Below the pieces are notes generated by a model. It saw only the letters and a program-made list of their open reading frames with translations. It was not told where the DNA came from and made no database searches. DNA of 56,919 nt from sequence record PV029746.1; one strand, given 5' to 3'. Both the position numbers and the translations under genes were made by a program. Origin of the DNA: Pseudomonas phage Phipami28. Each line of letters opens with the position of its first letter. The first letter of the stretch is position 1. Of this stretch, positions 39,022 through 48,586 are shown piece after piece.

Positions 39022-39774
39022 ATGAAGAACTATAAGAAGATCCTGCTGGCCGCCGCTGCAACCCTGGCCTTCGCCCTCGACGCCAGCGCCGCCGACAAGC
39101 TGCGCATCGGCACCGAAGGCGCCTACCCGCCCTTCAACGGCATCGATGCCAGCGGCCAGGCGGTCGGCTTCGACCTCGACATCGGCAAGGCGCTGTGCGC
39201 CAAGATGAAGACCGAGTGCGAGGTGGTGACCTCCGACTGGGACGGCATCATCCCGGCGTTGAACGCCAAGAAGTTCGACTTCATCGTCGCGTCCATGTCG
39301 ATCACCGACGAGCGCAAGCAGGCGGTCGACTTCACCGATCCCTACTACACCAACAAGCTGCAGTTCGTCGCGCCGAAGAGCGTCGACTTCAAGACCGACA
39401 AGGACTCCCTGAAGGGCAAGGTGATCGGCGCCCAGCGCGCCACCATCGCCGGCACCTGGCTGGAAGACAACATGGCCGACGTGGTCACCATCAAGCTCTA
39501 CGACACCCAGGAGAACGCCTACCTCGACCTCTCCTCGGGGCGCCTGGACGGCGTGCTGGCCGACAAGTTCGTGCAGTACGACTGGCTGAAGAGCGACGCC
39601 GGCAAGGAGTTCGAGTTCAAGGGCGAACCGGTGTTCGACAACGACAAGATCGGTATCGCCGTGCGCAAGGGCGACCCGCTGCGCGAGAAGCTCAACGCCG
39701 CGCTGAAGGAAATCGTCGCCGACGGTACCTACAAGAAGATCAACGACAAGTACTTCCCCTTCAGCATCTATTGA
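39022..39774 (+). CDS. Periplasmic substrate-binding protein (lysine/arginine/ornithine/histidine-binding family)
   Basis: Signal peptide. Family-3 SBP fold hallmarks. Confidence 0.8.
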   Translation: MKNYKKILLAAAATLAFALDASAADKLRIGTEGAYPPFNGIDASGQAVGFDLDIGKALCAKMKTECEVVTSDWDGIIPALNAKKFDFIVASMSITDERKQAVDFTDPYYTNKLQFVAPKSVDFKTDKDSLKGKVIGAQRATIAGTWLEDNMADVVTIKLYDTQENAYLDLSSGRLDGVLADKFVQYDWLKSDAGKEFEFKGEPVFDNDKIGIAVRKGDPLREKLNAALKEIVADGTYKKINDKYFPFSIY

Positions 39775-39835
39775 TGCCAAGCCAGGCTACCGCCGGGCGC
39801 GTCCCGGCGGTGGCCGCCTTCAGGCCTGACTTCTC

Positions 39836-40531
39836 ATGATTCTCGACCTGCATGGGTTCGGCGAGCAACTGCTCGCCGGTACCTGGATGACCCTCAAGCT
39901 GTCGCTGGCGGCGGTCTGCGTGGGGCTGTTGCTCGGCCTCCTCGGCGCCATCGCGAAGACTTCGAAGTACGCGGCCCTGCGCTTCCTCGGCGGCACCTAC
40001 ACCACCATCGTCCGTGGCGTGCCGGAAACGCTCTGGGTACTGATGATCTATTTCGGCACGGTGAGCGGCCTGAACGCCCTCGGCGACCTTTTCGGCAAGC
40101 CGGACCTAGCGCTCTCGCCGTTCGCCGCCGGCACCCTGGCCCTCGGCCTGTGCTTCGGCGCCTACGCCACCGAGGTGTTCCGCGGCGCGCTGTTGTCCTT
40201 TCCGCGCGGCCATCGCGAGGCCGGCCAGGCGCTCGGCCTGTCGCCCGGACGGATCTTCTGGCGCATCGTCCTGCCGCAGATCTGGCGGGTCGCCCTGCCC
40301 GGCCTCGGCAACCTGTACCTGATCCTGCTGAAGGACACCGCGCTGGTGTCGCTGATCACCCTCGACGAGATCATGCGCAAGGCGCAGGTCGCCTCCAACG
40401 CGACCAAGGAACCCTTCACCTTCTACATGACCGCGGCCGCCATCTACCTGAGCCTCACGGTCGTCATCATGGTCGCCCTGCACTTCCTCGAACGTCGCGC
40501 CGGCCGTGGTTTCGTGAGGAACGAGCTATGA
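39836..40531 (+). CDS. ABC transporter permease (HisQ-like)
   Basis: 231 aa polytopic protein with an EAA-loop-like segment. Confidence 0.75.
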   Translation: MILDLHGFGEQLLAGTWMTLKLSLAAVCVGLLLGLLGAIAKTSKYAALRFLGGTYTTIVRGVPETLWVLMIYFGTVSGLNALGDLFGKPDLALSPFAAGTLALGLCFGAYATEVFRGALLSFPRGHREAGQALGLSPGRIFWRIVLPQIWRVALPGLGNLYLILLKDTALVSLITLDEIMRKAQVASNATKEPFTFYMTAAAIYLSLTVVIMVALHFLERRAGRGFVRNEL

Positions 40532-41220
40532 GCGAGTGGGAGCTGATCCTCAAGTGGATGCCGAAGATGCTCCAGGGCGCGGCGCTGACCCTGGAGCTGC
40601 TGGCGATCGCGGTGGTCGCCGGGCTCGCCCTGGCCCTGCCGCTGGGCATCGCCCGCGCCTCGCGGCACTGGTACGTGCGCGCGGTGCCGTACGCCTACAT
40701 CTTCTTCTTCCGCGGCACGCCGCTGCTGCTGCAACTGTTCATCGTCTACTACGGCCTGGCGCAGTTCGAGGAAGTGCGCAAGAGCGCCTTCTGGCCCTAC
40801 CTGCGCGATCCGTACTGGTGCGCGCTGCTGACCATGACCCTGCACACCGCCGCCTATATCGCCGAGATCCTCCGCGGCGCGATCCACTCGGTGCCGGTCG
40901 GCGAGGTGGAGGCCGCCCGCGCCCTCGGCATGTCGCGGCGCCAGGCGCTCTGGCACATCATCCTGCCGCGCGCGGTGCGCATCGGCCTGCCGGCCTACAG
41001 CAACGAAGTGATCCTGATGCTCAAGGCCAGCGCGGTGGTCTACACCGTGACCCTGTTCGACATCATGGGCATGGCCCGGACCATCATCGCCCGCACCTAC
41101 GAATCGATGCTGTTCTTCTGCCTGGCCGGCGCGCTGTACCTGGTGATCACCATCGTGCTGACGCGGATCTTCCGCCTGATCGAACGCTGGTTGCGGGTCG
41201 ACGCCACCCAGGGCCGCTGA
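40528..41220 (+). CDS. ABC transporter permease (HisM-like)
   Basis: ATG at 40528 overlaps the upstream stop (ATGA). The ORF track's longer start at 40150 overlaps the previous gene. Confidence 0.75.
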   Translation: MSEWELILKWMPKMLQGAALTLELLAIAVVAGLALALPLGIARASRHWYVRAVPYAYIFFFRGTPLLLQLFIVYYGLAQFEEVRKSAFWPYLRDPYWCALLTMTLHTAAYIAEILRGAIHSVPVGEVEAARALGMSRRQALWHIILPRAVRIGLPAYSNEVILMLKASAVVYTVTLFDIMGMARTIIARTYESMLFFCLAGALYLVITIVLTRIFRLIERWLRVDATQGR

Positions 41221-41288
41221 GCGGGCGCTTTCCGATGCCTGCGGGGCGGCTATAATCGCCTCCCCGTTTTCCCGCTGCCGCTTGCATC

Positions 41289-41855
41289 GTGTCCGAAACC
41301 TTCCCGTTCCTCACTGGCGACGCCCTGTCGCAGCGCTTCCTCGCGCTGGACGCGTTCCTCCTCGAACACCAGCGGCTCTGGCGACCCCGCCCGTTCAGCG
41401 AACCGACCCTGGCGTGGGAAGCCGAACACGCCGAGCTGGCGTCCTGGCTGCGCGGGCGCAGCCTCGAACAGGCCGACGCGGAGCACAACCAGCCCACCCG
41501 CCTGGCCGCGCCCGCGCCTTATCCACAGCTCGCCGCCCAGGCCGCGGCGCTGGGCGCGGTCGGCGAACTGCCATTGGCGGAACGCCCGCAGGCACCGAAC
41601 CGCTTCAATGTCGACGTACCGGGACGCAAGTGGCAGCAGATCAGCCTGTTCGCCGGGCGCCTGCAGTTCGCCCGGCCGGTCGTCCACTGGCTCGACTGGT
41701 GCTCCGGCAAGGGCCATCTGGGCCGCCTGCTGGCCCATGCGGGGCAACCGCTGACCTGCCTCGAACACGATCCCGCGCTGGTCGCCGACGGACAGCGCCT
41801 GAGCGACCGCCTGGAGCTCTCCGCCCACCACCTCCGCCAGGATGAGAGAGAGTGA
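41289..41855 (+). pseudogene. 5' fragment of a SAM-dependent methyltransferase-like gene truncated by prophage insertion
   Basis: MTase motif I-like LDWCSGKGHLG sits only ~50 aa before the stop. The stop lies at the first bases of the prophage-2 left end. Confidence 0.45.
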
Positions 41856-41966
41856 GATAAACCAGGAGGGTAAAGCGAGAAAATTGTGGGATATAGAGGA
41901 AGGGAAAGGGATTTAGTGGGATAGGCTTTGAAAAAGAGTTTCCAAGGATGAAAAGGCGGCGGCCGG
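41856..41966 (+). promoter_or_regulatory. Prophage left-end region with direct repeats GTGGGATA (41886-41893, 41916-41923); candidate transposase binding sites
   Basis: Purine-rich 110-bp non-coding segment between the truncated host gene and mor. 8-bp repeat spaced 30 bp apart. Confidence 0.3.
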
Positions 41967-42335
41967 TCAGGCCAGGCCGTCGCCGAGGTCCAGTTTGCCC
42001 TGGTCACGTTCGAACTTACGATCCTGAATACGCTTTAACAGCTTATATATAGAACTGGGCGTCAGTCCGTACTTCCGGGCCAGGGCGTGATGGTTTCGTC
42101 CGTTGAACTCGGAGAGAATCTGGAGATCACGCTTGGTAACCTGGTGGCGATAGTCGGAGGGGATGTACAGCGTGGCGCCACGCCACTGGTTCGCCAGATG
42201 GTCAGCTACCGCATGGCCGGCCTGTTCAGCCAGGCCAGCGTCAATACCATGTTCAGACAGTACTGTTGCTGTATGTGCCGCAATGTCGTCCAGCAGCTCA
42301 TGGCGAGTTTCCGCCAGAATCGAACTCTGCTTCAT
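41967..42335 (-). CDS. mor: Mor/C-family transcriptional activator (Mu middle operon regulator-like)
   Basis: 122 aa. C-terminal HTH ALARKYGLTPSSIYKLLKR typical of the Mor/C family. Confidence 0.6.
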   Translation of the reverse strand: MKQSSILAETRHELLDDIAAHTATVLSEHGIDAGLAEQAGHAVADHLANQWRGATLYIPSDYRHQVTKRDLQILSEFNGRNHHALARKYGLTPSSIYKLLKRIQDRKFERDQGKLDLGDGLA

Positions 42336-42880
42336 GCTCCCCCCTTCAGCGCCGCGATCTGGCGCTCTCCATCCTCTTTAGTAATCAGCCCCAACACGAT
42401 ATCGGACTGAATTCGACCGACTTGGTCTTGGAGCAATTGCTGGGTGCTGGGTCCACCGGCCTGCGGCCGCTTTGAGGAAGCGGCCAGAGCCTGCGCTGGA
42501 TCACTGGCCAGGCCCCACACCACCGCGCGCAGGTAGTTGTGGTTCTCAAGCGGCAGTTGCAGGCGCTCGCGGCCGGTGATCATCTGTTCGATACCGGTGG
42601 TCCATAGACGCGGCGAAGCCGGCTTGGTGTCGTTGGAGCGGGCATCCTTTTGCACTGTGCCTGTATTGACCAGGTTGAGCAGTTCCTCCACAAGCTTTAT
42701 GGCGCGCGTCATGCGCAGGCCTCGTTTGGCTGGACTGAACAGGCGTAGGTAATTGAGTATTGCGCGGCCCAGTTTCGGATCGAGGCCGGCAAACAGCGCC
42801 GCCAGCCTCTTGCCGTCGGTATCTGCGAACCCGGCCTCTACCGGAAACTGCTCACCGCAGCAGGGGCACTGCAATTGCAT
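42332..42880 (-). CDS. Hypothetical protein with N-terminal CPCC zinc-ribbon
   Basis: 182 aa. MQLQCPCCGEQF. Confidence 0.35.
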   Translation of the reverse strand: MQLQCPCCGEQFPVEAGFADTDGKRLAALFAGLDPKLGRAILNYLRLFSPAKRGLRMTRAIKLVEELLNLVNTGTVQKDARSNDTKPASPRLWTTGIEQMITGRERLQLPLENHNYLRAVVWGLASDPAQALAASSKRPQAGGPSTQQLLQDQVGRIQSDIVLGLITKEDGERQIAALKGGA

Positions 42881-43446
42881 TACAAGAGCCCCCGAGCAGA
42901 CGCTGCTGCACGCAGTGTTTCGACCAGGCTCTTGAGAATTGGACGTCGCCGCTCCCAGCCTTTGGGCAGGTGTTCCAGATCCACCCTCCAGTTTGGATCA
43001 TGCTCGCCGAGCAGCTTGAGCAGTTCCTCCACGTTACCCAAAAGCCCGCGCTTCTCCTGCTCAACATGCAGGGCAGCCAACACCGCTTTGAGCTGTTCAG
43101 GCTTCTTCAGCCAGGCCACTTTGGCTACGCCAAACTGGCGTTTGGCGATCGCATCGGCGTAGCTCCAAGGCAGCCCCATGTTGGTAAGTTGAGCCTCGAT
43201 CACCTCGACCTCCGCTGGCAGTTGCCGCCAATTGTGCGGCTTGCCGGCTGCTCGCTTGCTGGGCTGTGGCTGCCAGCCCAGGCGCTTGAACTCGGTCAGC
43301 AACTGCTCAGCCTGGCGCAGGTTGAGATCCCGCGCCGACCCCTTGCCGAACATCACCTGCAGCTTCTGCCGATAGACATCGTCCTGCAGGCCGAGCTGCT
43401 GACGAGCGATGTGGATCTTGCTGAGCAGCCCCCTAGCGAGTGCCAT
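42880..43446 (-). CDS. GemA-like regulatory protein (Mu gp16 family, DUF1018)
   Basis: Position immediately upstream of mor as in Mu. Start taken at MALARGLLSKIHIARQQLGL. Family assignment from memory. Confidence 0.5.
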   Translation of the reverse strand: MALARGLLSKIHIARQQLGLQDDVYRQKLQVMFGKGSARDLNLRQAEQLLTEFKRLGWQPQPSKRAAGKPHNWRQLPAEVEVIEAQLTNMGLPWSYADAIAKRQFGVAKVAWLKKPEQLKAVLAALHVEQEKRGLLGNVEELLKLLGEHDPNWRVDLEHLPKGWERRRPILKSLVETLRAAASARGLL

Positions 43447-43900
43447 GGAACACCTCCATGCCATGCCGACGCCCCAGCCGGCGCAGCTCAGCATCGCTGA
43501 CGCCCAATTCGCGAGCGAGCCTGGCCGTCTGCGCAGCCAGCAGCGCCTGGGCTTTGATCATCCGGCTCAACCAGACCTTCGGGTTCACGCCAGGAGCCGG
43601 CTGTAAAGCCGGCAAGGGCGCTGGGGAGCGCTGGGGCTCGGTCTTGGCTTGCGTACGTGGCGCGGCAGGCTTCGCTTTGAGCGACGAATTCTCGGCCAGG
43701 GCTCCGTTGTATACCGGCGTCTTCATGGGATTGATGACGAAAGTGTCCGGCAGCTCGCGCATCTTGTACCCGACTTTCTCGATCTGCCCGCCGCCGGCCA
43801 GGAACTGCTGAACCAGTTCGTCCAGCTCCTGGGCCTCCTGCCGCTTTACGTCAGCATCACGCCGAGGTGGATCGCCGGCCGTTGAGTGGTAGCGCTCCAT
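43433..43900 (-). CDS. Hypothetical early protein
   Basis: ATG at 43900 with an AAGGAGG RBS. 155 aa. Confidence 0.4.
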   Translation of the reverse strand: MERYHSTAGDPPRRDADVKRQEAQELDELVQQFLAGGGQIEKVGYKMRELPDTFVINPMKTPVYNGALAENSSLKAKPAAPRTQAKTEPQRSPAPLPALQPAPGVNPKVWLSRMIKAQALLAAQTARLARELGVSDAELRRLGRRHGMEVFHGTR

Positions 43901-44094
43901 CACCTGGCCTCCTTGTTGAGCTGTCGAATGCGGCTGTGCAGCTTCTTCTCGACGGTCTTCTGCAGACCGGGTACCGAGAGCGCAGCACGGCATTGCTCTA
44001 GATCGAAGCTTTCCAGAGCGCGCAGCCGATCATCAGCACTCACTGCACCGTAGTCCTTGTCAGGACGGATGAACGGATTGGATTGCGACATCTC
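43900..44094 (-). CDS. Small hypothetical early protein
   Basis: 64 aa. Confidence 0.3.
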   Translation of the reverse strand, partial: EMSQSNPFIRPDKDYGAVSADDRLRALESFDLEQCRAALSVPGLQKTVEKKLHSRIRQLNKEAR

Positions 44095-44782
44095 ATACCC
44101 CCTGAGTAAGCCGAGCCACGGCCTGGTGCCCGATCCCCTGGTGCAGCCGCGCGCACTTGCCCGCGGCATACCCCGCTTCACTGGCCACTTCGTCACGTGC
44201 CTTGAGCTTGCGGCGCTTCATCTCGAACTTGCCGACGTCAGCGTGGTGCTTCGCCATGTACGCCTGGATCGCGTCGGCGATGTTGTCGTCGACGCCCGCG
44301 AACTGGTCGACCTTGGCGTACACGGCCTCGATCCATCCATGCGCGAAGGCATCTCCACGGGCTACTTTGGTGGACCGCTTGCAGCGTTTCTGCGTGCTCA
44401 GGAAGTCCTTGCGCGCCTTCTGCAGCTGTCGCTCCAGCACCTGGTAGGCATAGCCGGTCAGCTCCGGCGCCGCCGCGCAGCCGACGAACAAGAACGAAGC
44501 GCTTTCGAAATAGGAGGTGCAGATGATCAGGTGCGTGCCGAAGGCATGGCAGCACACTTGAGCGAGGCGCACCCGCCAGGCCGGCGGTTTTCCATCTGAG
44601 CCGGCGGGAACCCTGGCCTCGCCAGCCATGCTGGCCAGCACGTCGCCCATCTCCAGGTTGTAGGCTTCCATCAGTTTGTGGGCATGACGCAGCGCGATCT
44701 CGGCCTCGTTCGGGTTGGAACCCCGCCCCTTGGCCATTTCCAGGCACTTCTTGATCTTGTCGAGGATACGGTCCTGGTCCAT
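44093..44782 (-). CDS. DUF2786-like early protein
   Basis: Start at MDQDRILDKIKKCLEMAKGRGSNPNEAEIALRHAHKLMEAYN (N-terminal DUF2786-like helical motif). Confidence 0.4.
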   Translation of the reverse strand: MDQDRILDKIKKCLEMAKGRGSNPNEAEIALRHAHKLMEAYNLEMGDVLASMAGEARVPAGSDGKPPAWRVRLAQVCCHAFGTHLIICTSYFESASFLFVGCAAAPELTGYAYQVLERQLQKARKDFLSTQKRCKRSTKVARGDAFAHGWIEAVYAKVDQFAGVDDNIADAIQAYMAKHHADVGKFEMKRRKLKARDEVASEAGYAAGKCARLHQGIGHQAVARLTQGV

Positions 44783-44783
44783 G

Positions 44784-45407
44784 TCACACCCCCGCGATAT
44801 CAAGAGGAATGGAGCGGTACTGGTCGGTGTCCCCGACCCGCTCCTGGATACGCACATACGCCTTGGTGCTCACGACCTGGACAGCCTCGCCGATGGCCTG
44901 CATTGCACGTTGCCAGCGCTCGTCGTCGATCTGTAGGCGGCGCAGAGCGAGCACGCTGCCGGTACGGATGTTTCCCGCCTGGTCAACGCGGAACGCATCG
45001 TTGATCAGCGTGATGACCTCCGCGCGAGCACCTTCCGTCCATTCATGGAGGCACTCGTCGATCAGCGCCTTGGCTGCCTGCAGGCGCTCGTCGAAGGCGA
45101 TGTTGTCGGCCATGGCCCGAATGACCTTGTAGCGACCGTCGAAGCTGACCAGGGAGGCGTTGCCCTTCTTGCCACCTACCTTCGCCTGGTACTGCTCGGC
45201 CGACAGGGTGATGAAGGCTTCGATATCGCCGAATGTCGCCAGTTTGAAATCCAGCAACGCCTTGTTCAGAGCCTTCCCCTTGGCAACGATCTCCTGCACA
45301 AGGCGGTCGCGCTCCAGGTCAATGGGCTTGATCATTTCTTCAGGTACCAGGCGCCCCTTGGCGTCCATGCGGTACCCGGCGGGAACATGCACTGTTTGTT
45401 CAGCCAT
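44784..45407 (-). CDS. DUF3164 family protein (conserved in transposable phages)
   Basis: 207 aa from MAEQTVHVPAGYRMDAKGRLVPEEM. Family from memory. Confidence 0.45.
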   Translation of the reverse strand: MAEQTVHVPAGYRMDAKGRLVPEEMIKPIDLERDRLVQEIVAKGKALNKALLDFKLATFGDIEAFITLSAEQYQAKVGGKKGNASLVSFDGRYKVIRAMADNIAFDERLQAAKALIDECLHEWTEGARAEVITLINDAFRVDQAGNIRTGSVLALRRLQIDDERWQRAMQAIGEAVQVVSTKAYVRIQERVGDTDQYRSIPLDIAGV

Positions 45408-45600
45408 GGGAGGGTTCCTCTTCGGGATTCGGTACAACGCTCATCTCAGCCAGGGAGACGAACGCATTCAGGATGTGTCCGCAGTTGTTGCAGGTGATCA
45501 CCAGTTCGATCAGGCTCGGGTCATGAGCTGCAGAGCCTGCGGTGATTTCGGGGTATGGCGTGCTGCACGCGGGGCAGTCGATTTCCAGAACATCAGCCAT
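45400..45600 (-). CDS. Small Cys-pair zinc-finger-like protein
   Basis: 66 aa. CPAC...CNNC. Confidence 0.3.
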   Translation of the reverse strand: MADVLEIDCPACSTPYPEITAGSAAHDPSLIELVITCNNCGHILNAFVSLAEMSVVPNPEEEPSHG

Positions 45601-46126
45601 GCAAGCGTTCCTCCGCTTGACGTTGATCCCGTTTCGCCTTGAGTTGGCGTTCACGGTGGTTGATCACTCCTCGACGCTCAGCCCGCTTCCAGGGATGACT
45701 CTCTGGCTTACGCTTCAAGCCAGAAAGATGGTCAGAGCGAGGCGTCGTAAGCGCCTGCTCGATGGACATGCCCTTGGCCAAGCGCTTCTGCACAGTGCTT
45801 TTGGCGACACAACCGAAGCGCTTCACCAGGTTGCTCAAACTGTCGGTGACGCCGAAGACGGTGTACTCATGCCGTCTCGCCTGGTTGACAGCCCGCAAGG
45901 CCGCCACCGACCGGCGGCGTCCTTCGCTATCCCGGAACCGGTACCCCTTCAGGTTCTTGGCATGCCTGCGGCGGTCAAAGGACTTGTAGGGATAGCCCCA
46001 CTCGATATCTGGCATGCGTTCGAGCAGGTCCATGAACTTGACCCAGTGCATCCCGAGTGCCGCTGCGGTGGCCGAGCGGCTAAATCCACGGGCCGCCATG
46101 CCGCGGATGTACGCTTCAACGCTCAT
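45593..46126 (-). CDS. Hypothetical early protein with HTH-like N-terminus
   Basis: 177 aa from MSVEAYIRGMAARGFSRSATAAALGM. Confidence 0.35.
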   Translation of the reverse strand: MSVEAYIRGMAARGFSRSATAAALGMHWVKFMDLLERMPDIEWGYPYKSFDRRRHAKNLKGYRFRDSEGRRRSVAALRAVNQARRHEYTVFGVTDSLSNLVKRFGCVAKSTVQKRLAKGMSIEQALTTPRSDHLSGLKRKPESHPWKRAERRGVINHRERQLKAKRDQRQAEERLHG

Positions 46127-46796
46127 CGTCAGCGCTCCTCTTCGAGGGCGCTGGCGCGGCAGCGAGCATGCCGTGATAGACACATGCCAGGAAGTCGCGA
46201 ACCGCACCTCGATCCGGGAAGTAGTACTCGGTATCCTCAACGAGATACCCGTCCATTCCGTCCTCGCAGTCGCGGCGTGCGTCCAGCATTTCCGGGGTCG
46301 GCTCAATCGGCACCAGCTTCCACCCCGCCGGCACACTGTGCTGAGCCCGGCAGGTATCCTCGGGCGCTTTCACGCACGACTTGATCGATGTCAGCAGGTA
46401 GGACCATGCGAAACCGCGCTCTTGGTTCGGACGCAACCCCAGCGCACGCGCCACGTCGTCGCGGCATTGCTTATCCAGAACGCGTTGAGGCAGCCCATCG
46501 ATCATCGCGATGATGTGATCGGGCATGGTCAGAGCCTCGTAGCGGACCATCAGGTCCGAGGCCTCTTGGCCGTTCAGCAGTGGGTTCTTGAGCGCGACAG
46601 CAATGCGGCGAAGTTCCGAGTGATCGCCGGGTTGAACCTCGATGGCTGGAGCGGTGCTGCCATCACTGATCAATTCCTGCAGGTGATCCAGGACCACCGC
46701 GACGTGCCCCATGGTCTCCTGCCAAAACATCGCCGGATGTGGGCTCTTTACGACCTTGCGCAGCGCCGCCATGGAAGCGGAAAGTTTGCTGTCCAT
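46116..46796 (-). CDS. Hypothetical early protein
   Basis: 226 aa. Confidence 0.35.
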   Translation of the reverse strand: MDSKLSASMAALRKVVKSPHPAMFWQETMGHVAVVLDHLQELISDGSTAPAIEVQPGDHSELRRIAVALKNPLLNGQEASDLMVRYEALTMPDHIIAMIDGLPQRVLDKQCRDDVARALGLRPNQERGFAWSYLLTSIKSCVKAPEDTCRAQHSVPAGWKLVPIEPTPEMLDARRDCEDGMDGYLVEDTEYYFPDRGAVRDFLACVYHGMLAAAPAPSKRSADDER

Positions 46797-47080
46797 CAGT
46801 GCACCTTCCTTGCCGACTTCTGGGCGGCACGCTGCTCCTGGAGGTAGGCCGCCATGCTCTGCAGCTCCGCATGCAGCTTGGAGAAGTCCCCGGCGATGAA
46901 GAGGTCGATGAGCTTGACCAGCATCCTGTCCAGCTTGTGGATGCCAGTCTTCAGCTCAACCAGTTGCTGGTCCTTCGCGAAGCCATCCTGCAGAACATCC
47001 TTCAGGGCCAGACGGCAGTCCTCTTCGCTCATGGAATCAACGTCCATCAGCGGGGTGTAGGCATGGGTGATGACAGTCAT
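46796..47080 (-). CDS. Hypothetical early protein
   Basis: 94 aa. Confidence 0.3.
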   Translation of the reverse strand: MTVITHAYTPLMDVDSMSEEDCRLALKDVLQDGFAKDQQLVELKTGIHKLDRMLVKLIDLFIAGDFSKLHAELQSMAAYLQEQRAAQKSARKVH

Positions 47081-47418
47081 TGGTCTTGCTCCTTCACCGG
47101 GGTCGTCCAGGCCACGTCAACACCGCGCAGGCTGACGACATGGACGGTGACCATCCCGTGAGTGGTCTGGCGAATACCGCGGATGGCGTTGCGGAAGCGG
47201 CGGTGCAGCCGCAGCGAATCCTCTTCGCGGATGAACAGGCGGCGATCAAGCACCGACGTCTGCTCAATCGGAATGCCGGCCTGGCGCAAGGCGCGGGTGG
47301 CGCTGTTGACGGCCTCCAGGCAGCGGGCCAGCTCTGGCGTCAGTACTGTGCAGAGCGGCAGATGGGTAGCTTTCGGCTGCTCTTCAGGGAGGCGGCCAGT
47401 GATCGGTACGACGTTCAT
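47077..47418 (-). CDS. Hypothetical early protein
   Basis: 113 aa, start overlapping the B stop. Confidence 0.3.
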   Translation of the reverse strand: MNVVPITGRLPEEQPKATHLPLCTVLTPELARCLEAVNSATRALRQAGIPIEQTSVLDRRLFIREEDSLRLHRRFRNAIRGIRQTTHGMVTVHVVSLRGVDVAWTTPVKEQDQ

Positions 47419-47419
47419 G

Positions 47420-48586
47420 TCAGGCCTCCCGAACCACGTCAGCAGTGACGCGCGGCTCGCCGACGAGCGCGGCATAGTTCATAGCGGCCTTCACCAGGTT
47501 GCCGATGGCCAGCGGATAGAGCAGGCTGGGCTTGTTTTCCTTGACGCCCCCCAGCCTCTCGATGACGGCCTGCAGGCCGGATGCATCGATCACATCGCTC
47601 AGTGCCTTGCCAACCCGCTCGAAACGAAACGCCAGGTGCTGTTCCAGCCCGCCGACCGTGAGCGGCGGCAACTCGACGATCTCGATGCGCTGGGCCACCT
47701 CTCGGACTTCGCCGTTGCGCGGCGACAACTTGATGAGCAGTTCGGGCTGACCGATCAGGATGATCGACACCAGCTTGGTGTAGCCCAGTTCGAGTTCGCG
47801 GTAGCGCTTGAGGTGCTTGATCGTCGGGGTCGATAGGCTGTGTGCCTCCTCGATGATCAGCAGGTGGCGCGAGCCTGCGGTGTGGCTGGCCTTCAGAGCC
47901 TTGTGCAGTTGCGCCCAGCGGGCCTGCGAGCTGTTCCGCGGCGTTTGGTCTGGCGCGATCTCCGCCAGGATGGCCTCGGCGATATGCTCGCTCTTGAGGG
48001 GCTTGCCCTTGGTGTCGTTGTCTTCCATCCCCAGCACGTATGGCTGAATGACCGTCACCGGGCTGCCTTCCAGTCGATGCTCCAGATCTCGGCGCAAGGT
48101 GGACTTGCCCGCCCCTGACTCGCCGATCACTGCCAGGAAACCATCGTGCATAGCGACCTGGTGCATCGCCTCGCGTACATAGCGGATATCAGCGTTGATG
48201 AAGATGTCGTCGGCGCTGTGCAGTTCGTCGAAGGGGTCGCGACGGATGTCGAAAGCCTTCTTCGTGGCTGGCAGCAATACCTGTTTGCGCATTAGCATGG
48301 GTTCGCACTCCTCGTTTTCTTGAGCGTCTTCGGGGGTTGCAGGGGCCCCGACGTTGCTGCGTCGGGGCCCCACTTCGTCGAAGGCCTGGCGCACGGTGTC
48401 GAACTGCGCGCCCTGAGCCATCAGGTATTCGGTGATCCGCCAGGCCAGTTGCTGCTGGTCCAGCGATTTCGGCCACTGGCTGTGGTTGATCAGTTGAGCG
48501 ATCGCCGCCGGACTGAGATCGACCGCACGGGCCAGATCGGTCTGCGGCTTGCCGAGGCTGGCCAGGACTTCCTTGAGCTTCAGCAT
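47420..48586 (-). CDS. DNA transposition protein B (AAA+ ATPase, Mu B-like)
   Basis: Walker A GESGAGKST, Walker B LLIIEEAH. Directly downstream of the transposase. Confidence 0.8.
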   Translation of the reverse strand: MLKLKEVLASLGKPQTDLARAVDLSPAAIAQLINHSQWPKSLDQQQLAWRITEYLMAQGAQFDTVRQAFDEVGPRRSNVGAPATPEDAQENEECEPMLMRKQVLLPATKKAFDIRRDPFDELHSADDIFINADIRYVREAMHQVAMHDGFLAVIGESGAGKSTLRRDLEHRLEGSPVTVIQPYVLGMEDNDTKGKPLKSEHIAEAILAEIAPDQTPRNSSQARWAQLHKALKASHTAGSRHLLIIEEAHSLSTPTIKHLKRYRELELGYTKLVSIILIGQPELLIKLSPRNGEVREVAQRIEIVELPPLTVGGLEQHLAFRFERVGKALSDVIDASGLQAVIERLGGVKENKPSLLYPLAIGNLVKAAMNYAALVGEPRVTADVVREA

